A stretch of DNA of 64,000 bases from Antedon mediterranea (taxonomy: Eukaryota > Animalia > Echinodermata): assembly GCF_964355755.1 (NCBI RefSeq), contig NC_092673.1:1798001-1862000 (forward strand), written 5' to 3'. Positions 52,140 through 61,300 of this stretch are shown in pieces. Numbering within the stretch: the first letter of the stretch is position 1; each line of letters opens with the position of its first letter. Made by a program: the position numbers and the translations under genes. The notes under the pieces were generated by a model. The model was given only the letters and a program-made list of their open reading frames with translations, did not search any database and was not told the origin of the DNA.

Positions 52140-55100
52140 TTAGAATGCTTTTTTCATGAAGAAAAGAGCTGCTTCTGCTCCTGCAGTTACGAGTTTCGAC
52201 GTGAATGATTGGCCAGCGGCCGAAGCTGAATTGATTGGAGGATCCACGGAGGTCTCATCACATGGTGCCACCACATCTTGTCTATCCTCCTCCTCTCCCT
52301 TCCCACCATTCCCCTGAACACCTTCAGCAACCAATTCCCTATCTTCTTGATGCTGCCCAACAAATTCATGAACACTTCCTGCATTCACATCTTCTTGGGA
52401 CTGCATCGATTCCATTTCAAATTCTGCATGTCCTGATCCACTTTCTTGCATCGATGGCTCAATACTTGATCCCTCATTCTGTGAAGGCATTAATTCCGTT
52501 TCTCTCGATGCTGCAATATCCACAGATGCTGGTACATTTGACTGTTCTTCCATCAATTCAGGGTCATTTGAGCTCTGCTGTACCAATGCAGTTACACTTG
52601 ATCTGTCAACATTCACAGATGCTGGTTCCTTTGGTTTAGTTTGTGCTTCCAAAACCGAATGTGGTATGTAGGGTTCACTTACAGCAATTTGACTATTGAA
52701 TGGTGGTTGGTTGTCATCTCTCAGGGTCACTGGTAGTGAGGTAGGCACATACGGCAATGTTTCTCCGCAACTAACTAAAGAACTGCCGCCCCTCAGTGCT
52801 CTCTCTTGTTTTGGCTGGTTATCCTTAGGTTTAACATTACTTTCTTTATTGTCAGACTTTCTTGCAGCTGGGCTTGTCATAGGATTTATGTTGGACTCTA
52901 GAGCAGGGCTGGATATACCAACATTTGATGTCATTTCTTGTGATCTGGATAACTTTACCGGAGATTCTTTAACACTGCCACCATGTTCATTCTCTATTTT
53001 TATATCATCTGGAATACTATAATTTTCTTTCTCTTTGCCTTCTTGCTCTCTCATCATCAATATATCAGATGCTATCTGGCTTACTTGCTTATTTCCCTGA
53101 AAATATATTGGAAAGTCATACTTTATTTTGTCTAGACGACATATTTGTAGTGAATTGGGTGTAGTGAATGAAATAAAGAGAAAAAGTAAAAGAGAATTTG
53201 GTGGAACAAAAGATTTATTGACTAAGTTATGTTGAACACTGTTATATTCTTGTGTGCTTAAATCAGATAAGTTTAAAAAGTTCATCATAATCATAGTCTT
53301 ACCTCGATTTTCCCTTCTGTTTTTATTTCATCAATATTATGGAATTGTCGAATATCAGATACCAGATCAACTCGCTTCAATTCTTGTAAACGTTCAACTA
53401 GTTCTACCAATTTCATTCCAGATGTTTTCAACTTTTCATACATCTCTGAAGCATCCTGAATGTTGTCAACTTCATCCACAGACATATCTAAGAAAATTCA
53501 AAACATAATCCTTAATTATGTTTAGCAATAAGAACAAAATGACGTATTTGATTGGTATAATACAATTAATACAAATAATACAGCTAGTAATCAGTGCAAA
53601 GTTGTGTCTTGATCTAACCCTAAAGTTCAGTACTTTTTTATTGGCATGCTAAATGTTTATTAAGTTAAAAAGGCTTGTTGATACTTATTAACACTAAAAA
53701 ATACAGTACTCGGAAAAAAAAACCATATTCAAGTCCCCAAATTAGTATGCTAAATATTATTTAAAGATAATTTACCCAAATTAGCTGCCAATGATTTCCA
53801 GTTATTGTTTGGATATAAGTTGTGGTTCATTCTTTTATTGAATGCTTCTCGTACGCCTTGTTTAGCTTGTCCTAAGGTCAGTTTATGTATATCTACTACG
53901 TCAGATGTCCGTCGCTGCAAGCCTTCTTTATTATCTTGATTTAACAAAAGGTATGCAGAAAGTAATCACAATTAGCTAGATAATATTATGAATATTACTA
54001 TAGATATATTCATGGAGAAATAACTTATTTCCCCATGATATATTATACTATTTCTATATTACCAAAAGCATACAGTACAAATCCTTACTTACGAGAATGG
54101 GAATGGTGATATTCTCGATAGTCACCCCCGTACCCTACATCTAGCCTTGGGCTTGTAGGAGTTGACGGTTGATGAATTCCCGCTGTTGTCATTGCAGGGG
54201 TCCGTTGTTGACTGTATTGTTGTATTGAACTTGAGGTGGGCAGGACAGGACTTAAAGGAGTCAGGGCAGGACTTGTTGGTATTTGGCTTGAAGTAGATTG
54301 ATGTTGTTGTTGACCAAGTACTTGTGAACTTTGTTGTTGAACTCGTTGATGTTGTTCTGCAGGGGAATGCAATTGACTGAATTTCGATCCTAGATCTGAG
54401 CTTTCCTGATGAGGAGAAGAGACTGTCTGCTCAACTCTACTAGTGGATGATGCTCTATTGTATGCATCCGTTTCAACCTGATGTTCCTCCTCAACATCAT
54501 CTTTTAACAAGTTCAATAACTCTTCATATTCACACTCTTTCAGTGCTTCCATTAGGCAGTCATACCAATCACTGTCAGCCTTTGTCAACTTCATGAGTAG
54601 TTCCTCTGCTCCTGCTTCATGCCCGTCATTTTTAGTTCTGCATGTTATACCTTCCTAAATAATAAAATTTCTTTTTTTTAAGTACTCTTGGGTGGGATTC
54701 GTTTCAAGATGGGCTTCTTTTTGAGATGGGCTTCTTTGGGGGGGGGGGGGGGGGGCTTTTTTTCGAGAATAATAAATAATAGAAAATAAAACGAAAAATG
54801 TTGAAAGACCAGTGTTGCCTAAAGCTCTTTCTACACTATCAAACTATTTTGACAAAAAAAGTGTGATGTGCCCAAATATGGTAGTGATATGACAACATCG
54901 TGTCCATATATGGGCACATCACATTTTTTTGTCACATAAGTTTGATAGTGTAGACAGAGCATTAGGATGGATGGATGCAACTGGGGTAATAAGACCTTTG
55001 TGTATATTTGGTTTTCCCTTATTTATTAGGCAAACACATTACAGAAAAACTGAATAATTCACCTTGGTTCTCTTATGCATTTTAGGGAAATAACCCAACA

Positions 55101-55188
55101 TTGCAAGGGGGTCCACTGTTTTAACAAACTTGTTATGGTACTTGTTAAGGCGCTTCTTTCTTTCATCATTCCTCTTGTTCTTATCCAT
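52140..55188 (-). CDS. MAVS-like adaptor: N-terminal CARD, Ser/Pro/Gln-rich linker, death domain, disordered region, hydrophobic/basic C-terminal tail
   Basis: Exons 55063-55188, 54093-54654, 53776-53934, 53303-53487, 52140-53096, all in phase. CARD-like RLNKYHNKFVKTVDPLAMLGYF...GAEELLMKL...WYDCLMEAL; DD-like NNWKSLAANL...LVERLQELKRVDLV; tail KLVTAGAEAALFFMKKAF. Confidence 0.78.
54820..54964. mobile_element. AGCTCTGTCTACAC-family MITE
   Basis: taaagctctttctacactatcaaac ... gtttgatagtgtagacagagcatta. Confidence 0.85.
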
Positions 55189-55680
55189 CCTTTGAATTAT
55201 TCAACCTGAAACTGTAATAATATGCAGTATGTGAATTTCTGTGCAATTACATACCTGCTCAGAGCTATAAGGTAAATACGAGATGGTAAATGCAACAAGC
55301 AATTATTTTACTTCTCGCATAGCAAAACATTTGCTTGATTTGTTTGCAATGCACATTCAGCCTTTCTAAAAACTGAGTAGGCATAGCGGCCTAACTAAGC
55401 TATATAGTGCAGGCTACATGGCTACACGACACACAGTCAGTTCCTTCCTAGCCTAGTAGTACTCAGCCTCTGTTTCAGTAGATTAGGTAGGGCCTTACCT
55501 TAGAGTTACAGTAGGTTTAGGTAGGCTGTACTATACTACACTCACAGACAGGGCCTAGCCTAGAAATTTTAGTAGTCATACTTACACTTTACTTATGTAC
55601 CGTATTATCTCTTCCTCATACTATAATTATTACTCGTGTGCATACTATGGAATTTTATTGCAACACAATAAATAAACACG

Positions 55681-56528
55681 GGTGCAGGTCAAGTCGGCCC
55701 CAAACCGTCTCGGCCAAAGTCAAGTCGGCCCCACGTCATGTCGGCCCCAAGTCAACTCGGCCTTAAGTCAACTCGGCCTCAAGTCAACTCGGCCTCACGT
55801 CAACTCGGCCAAAAACTAATCGGTCAACTCGGCCACAATAAAGTATGGAAGGCAAAAAGTGCTTAATATTATTACGATTCTTACTATCCACGTTTTAAAA
55901 AAAATGAAGAAATAAAAAATATAATATCATATAAAAAAATGAACTCATTGCCAATATGAATAGAAGTACCCGCGTGTTACAAAAAACACGTGCAGGTACC
56001 GTATTTTAGGAAATCGAAGACGGAGGCCTACGTTCCACCATTTGGCCGTAGAAAAAATGATCGTAGGCCTACATCGTTTTTGTGCATGATTTGCGTTTTT
56101 TAAAAAGGGGAATCCCCCGGTCAGCGAAAACACGTAGCAGTTGTAGATATCGAAAAAGCTGGCAAACGCGCAGGGAGGCTCAGCTACGAAATTTTATTAA
56201 ACGTAAATAAAGGAAAGTTGGTGAAATCATTCCTATTTTTTTTGCTAAATATATTATTGTCTAAATAATAATGTTCATTAAAAGTCAGAATTATTCATAG
56301 TTAAAAAATTGTGAAGAAATATTATTTTATCAATCCCCTTCATTTGCACTTTTTGCGTTCCATACTTTAACGGGGCCGAGTTGACCGATTATTTTTTGGC
56401 CGAGTTGACGTAAGGCCGAGTTGACTTGAGGCCGAGTTGACTTGAGGCCGAGTTGACTTGAGGCCGACTTGACTTGGGGCCGACTTGACTTTGGCCGAGA
56501 CGGTTTAGGGCCGACTTGGATCGAAACC
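55681..56528. mobile_element. Foldback/Mutator-like non-autonomous element with 16-17-bp subterminal tandem repeats
   Basis: (aagtcaactcggcctc)n on the left is mirrored by (gaggccgagttgactt)n on the right; flanks taaacacg / taaacaca form a candidate 8-bp TSD. Confidence 0.85.
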
Positions 56529-56935
56529 TAAACACATGTCGGGTTTACCTGTATCTATTTATATTTTTATATTCTTTTTTTTTTGTGCAGTAATGCGTGT
56601 AAGGCCTTTAAATGATGTGACGTAAGAAATGTTTCTAGATAAAGATAAAGATAAATTTATTGAACGAACGCTTTTGTATCAGCGGCACACGTTTATAAGA
56701 CGGTGCGTTCATTTACAATGTAAAAACAAAAAGAAAAGTATCAAAAAATAACATTTAAGTCTTAACTAAGAAGCGAATTATACAAGTACAGTAAAATGAA
56801 ATTAGTAAAAACAAGGTAATCTTACATATCGAACAATACTTAACCTATATGATGGAGTTAATGTTATTATCTATTTATTATCAGTATTATAAATATTTTC
56901 AAGTTTAAGCGAATATATTATCATTATTATTACTA

Positions 56936-56967
<32 letters not shown>

Positions 56968-57447
56968 CTGCTAATTGATTTATTATACTGTTATTATTAA
57001 AATAAATGCAACTTTTATATGATTATTTGTTCTTATTATATTTAATATTAATAGTTATTTGTAATTTAATTAAATGTGATACAAGTTTTATTATACTATT
57101 TAGTCTTATTTTTAGTACTGTATTATTTATTTATTTTATTTAGATTTAGGTTACATTATATAATTTTGAAGGAAAAAAAACAAATAAAATAAAAAAAAAA
57201 AAAAAAAAAAAAAAAATTAAAAAATATATAATATATTATTGAATTAGATAAATGGTAAAATAATGTTAGTAGATAATATGGTGGGCGGTAAATATTTATA
57301 TATTATATATTAAGTGTAGTCTTTCTATGTCTCCATGCAGCAGTTAAGTATTGTTTACAGTGATAGTGACGCGCCTTTTACGACAAAAGGTAATGCAGCT
57401 TGCTTGTACCATGTGCTGTACAGTAGTAGGAAAAAAACTGTGTGGAA

Positions 57448-57652
57448 GCAAGGCAATCTAACAGGATGCTGAGCTCCGGAGATCAAAGGATTTATCTGCG
57501 GCTGCGACATGATCCGTTCCACACCCCTTACGCAGAGAATATGTACATAATAAACAGTACTGTTGGTATTTGTCACAGCCAGACATAAGATCAAAGAACT
57601 CTGATCCTATCTTGGCAAGGCGAGCTCAGTGTCCTGTTGTTAGACTGCCTTG
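57448..57652 (-). other. Long imperfect hairpin downstream of the SFXN5 stop codon
   Basis: caaggcagtctaac..aggacactgagctc..ggatcagag..gctgtgaca pairs with tgtcgcagc..ctttgatct..gagctcagcatcct..gttagattgccttg on the minus strand. Confidence 0.7.
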
Positions 57653-58096
57653 GCATGGTGGAAGTACATTTTATACTTTTTTATGTGCAACAGTGGATCA
57701 AAATGTGCATAAAATTAACTGATTACATTCGATATACAAAAATATATATGATATGATACATCTATATAATAATTTCATCTTGTAATATGTTGTATTATTT
57801 TTGTAACTTTAGTTGAGATTTTAACCTTGCATGCATGCATATTATGTGTAGATCAGTGAGTATTGCTTGCTGTGATCAACATTATTTTACATCTTATTTG
57901 TGTAAAGTCTTATACATGTTTAGATTATACTACTCAACATTTTTTCTTTCCAAACAAATGTTTAAAATGCAGATAAAAAGAAATACAACTTTTATCAAAT
58001 TGATATCTTTATTGTATATAAAAATACAAGTTCATTCATCATCCATAAATTATTATATATACTTGATTAATATATTTATTCTTATTGTCCCTTAAA

Positions 58097-58128
58097 CTGA
58101 TGAAGGGCTAGTGTTGCCAGAAAGCTCT
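58097..58128 (+). mobile_element. Penelope-type minimal hammerhead ribozyme motif (degenerate)
   Basis: CTGATGA-agggc-tagtgtt-gcca-GAAA-GCTC: conserved core, short stem II and a palindromic AGCT stem III. Confidence 0.55.
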
Positions 58129-58309
58129 GCTAATTTTCTGGCTGTTTTAGTTTAGCATTTTGATTTAGCTTTTTGTTTATTTTATTTTGTATCTCTATTG
58201 AGATCCAGCCCCTGATACCCACAGCAGTGTTATTATTTTCAGTAATTTGCCTTTGAATTTTTTGTCTATTATTTTAGACACACACGATGACTCATATATC
58301 TATAAATAT

Positions 58310-61300
58310 CTACAGTCCCTTGTTGTACATCAACGTCACTTCTTTCGTAGAGTCTTGAATCTCTTTTTCCAGCTTGGATGTTGCAATCTGGAAAAACGAT
58401 TTGTATTCATTATTATTATTATTTATTTAGGTAAAAGATATTACATTTTACAAAATATAATACAAATCAACAAATTAAACCAGGGAGTTGTTATTAGAAC
58501 AACTCCCTAACAAACACAATGCATGCACAAGCCAATATACACTTGCTTGAAACACTGATTTGATTTTCATATATTTGTAAAATATGTAAATATGTTTATA
58601 AAATGTAAATAAATCTAGTGATCACATTATTAGCAATCTTTGTATCCATGCTTTTTTATCCTTGACATTGTTTGTTCAGGACAGGATTTACCCATACATA
58701 CAAACTACTTCCCATGACGCAATTAAAGAATACATAATAAAAATAAATTAAAAATAAAGAATACCACACAATTGAATTTCAAACCATCAGCAAGTAAACA
58801 TAAAAGCTCTTCGGTATCAGATTAGTCAAGGTTAGTTAATATTCATTTAAAATAAGAATTAATAAACATAATATTAGCAGCAATAACAACTGTATAATGA
58901 GTCTCAAGTATAGAAAATTACTTTGTTGCTTTAGTCTACAAGGGGTACAATACTACAAATCAATCAAAACATTTATTTTTTTTTCTTTTTCCTTGGAACC
59001 ACCAGTGGTAAAATTGTGTTTCGACATGTAATAGCATTGCTTTGATCCGCATTAACGCGAACTGCGCAATTGCGGAGTTGTAAGGCAATGTTTTGTCTAC
59101 TCCAGATCAAAACGAAAAAGCCAAACTGATTTTTAATGTCATATATTTCGATGCTGGGCCATTCGTTTATTGCTTATCAAGCAGTAAAGTCATAAATTGT
59201 TATATTTAAAGAGCCAAAGTTAATTTAATTATATTGCAACAATATCTTTAAAATGAAACGGGAAAACTAAGTATATGAAGCAGAAAAATTTTTCAAATTT
59301 TTCCAGCAATCATCACAATTTTTCAAGCTATATACTTTACTATTGCAGGATGGCGACAAGTAACAATCCAAAAATTGCAAAGAAACCAGAGATGAAATGT
59401 ATTTGTGAAAATAAAGAACAGGTTGAAAATTACTGCCAGGAATGTGAACATTACTTGTGCCACAGCTGTAGCAAACCACATAAACTACTTCCAACAACCA
59501 AAAAACATACTCTACTCTCAGCAGACGAAGTGCAGACAATGACGCCACAGCAATTTGCATTATTAAAACCAGCCATTTGTTTCACTCATGATAAGCCACT
59601 AGAGATGTACTGTACAACATGTAAAGTACCAATATGCATAAATTGTACAGTAACAAGGCACAAGGCAACAGAAGACCATGACACAATTGATGTTGCAACA
59701 GCGTTCAATACATTTAAGGAGACGGCAAAAGAGTTACAAAGAGCTGCTGATAAATACACTAAAAAACTAAACTATGGAATACAATCCGGTAACAGGATTG
59801 CTGAGAAACTCAAAGAAAGTAAAGAAACAAGTTTAAGAGGTATTAGACACCAAGTTCAGGAAATGATAAACATAATCAAGAAAAATGGTGATAAGATGGA
59901 AAAAAAAGTTCAAGCGATTTATGAAAATTATACAGCTGTAAATGATGGACACATGAAGAAATTACGAGAAATTAAATCTGAATTGAAAGAAAATGAGGAA
60001 TTTCTTGATGAGTTAGTAAAGGGTGAACCAGCAACTGCTATGACATTAAGTGAAAGTGCATTAAAAACACTGAAAGATCAAATTAACAATTCTATAGAAA
60101 CCAAGCCAAAAGACAATGGAAGTATTTCATTCTTTGGAAACAGAAATCAAATTGATTTGCTGAAACAACACAACATAGGAAATGTTACGCAAGTTATAGA
60201 CTATTTGACAGTTACAGCACCAGAAGCAGTGACCCAAGGTCAACCAATTGTTATGAAAATCAGCAAACCACAAACATGTATTTCACCAAAACTGAAAGCA
60301 ACATGGACACCACCTTCAGGAAAAACCAACAATGCTCTTGTTGAAGATGATAACAATGACAATTATGTTATAAGAGGAGTATGTACAACTGAAGGAATCT
60401 GTACATTAAATGTACACATCAATGATGCACCAATCAACCAATCACCAATTAATATCAAAGTAGAGAAGGAAGGATTGGTAAATGAAATTAGACTTGATGT
60501 TAAAACCTATGGACTGCTCAAGTGTGATGATGGTGATTTGCTGGTTTCCTGTTTTACAAATGAAATTTACAAATACCTACAATCAGAAAAATATGTAAAT
60601 AAGATAATACTACCAAAAGATGTTGAAGTTAACAGAATGTACAAAATGAAGAATTACAAAATAGTATTCAGTGATACAGGTAATAAATGCATTCAAGTTT
60701 GTGATATGAATGGTAAAATGATCAAATCAATTGGCAAAGGAAAATTGACAGAACCATATGGTATCCATATAGATGAGAAAACAAATGTTGTGTATGTAGC
60801 AGACTTCACAACTGGATGTTGCATTTTAACATTTGACATTAATAGTGGTGAGGAGTTAATAAAGATAGGACAACAAAAAGGAGGTCAATTTAAATACAGT
60901 GATGTTACACTTACAAAAACTGGTGAAGTGCTTCTAGTAGACAGGGAAAACCATCAAGTATTATTATATGATAAGGACAACAAGTCATTGAAAGTACTAA
61001 TAGATAAAGGACTTGAAGATGGTAAGGTGCATACACCATGGGCAGTTGTAGTTGATGATGATGATAACATCATTATAGCAAGTGATAACAAAGTACAACT
61101 ATTTAGTAGTGATGGACAATTCATCAAAATAATCAGTGGAGATAATTCACATCAGTTATGTGTCATTTCAAGTCACCCACGCAGGATTGCCATACCATAT
61201 TGGATTTATAACACAATTAAAATATTTAATTATTAAAATTTACGGATAAATCAATATCCTAAGTTTACTGTGAAATTAATCTAATGATATTACTGGAAAT

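Noticed and set aside
52235-53022. Plus-strand ORFs of 108-134 aa
   Set aside because: Antisense shadows of the last exon of the CARD-DD gene.
57490-57515. 7SK RNA (GGCTGCGACAT and GATC motifs)
   Set aside because: Only a short match inside an inverted repeat; 7SK 5' and 3' end features were not found.
59275-59349. N-terminal extension of the TRIM ORF
   Set aside because: Reads like an intron end (ttgcag before the ATG at 59350) and encodes no RING residues.
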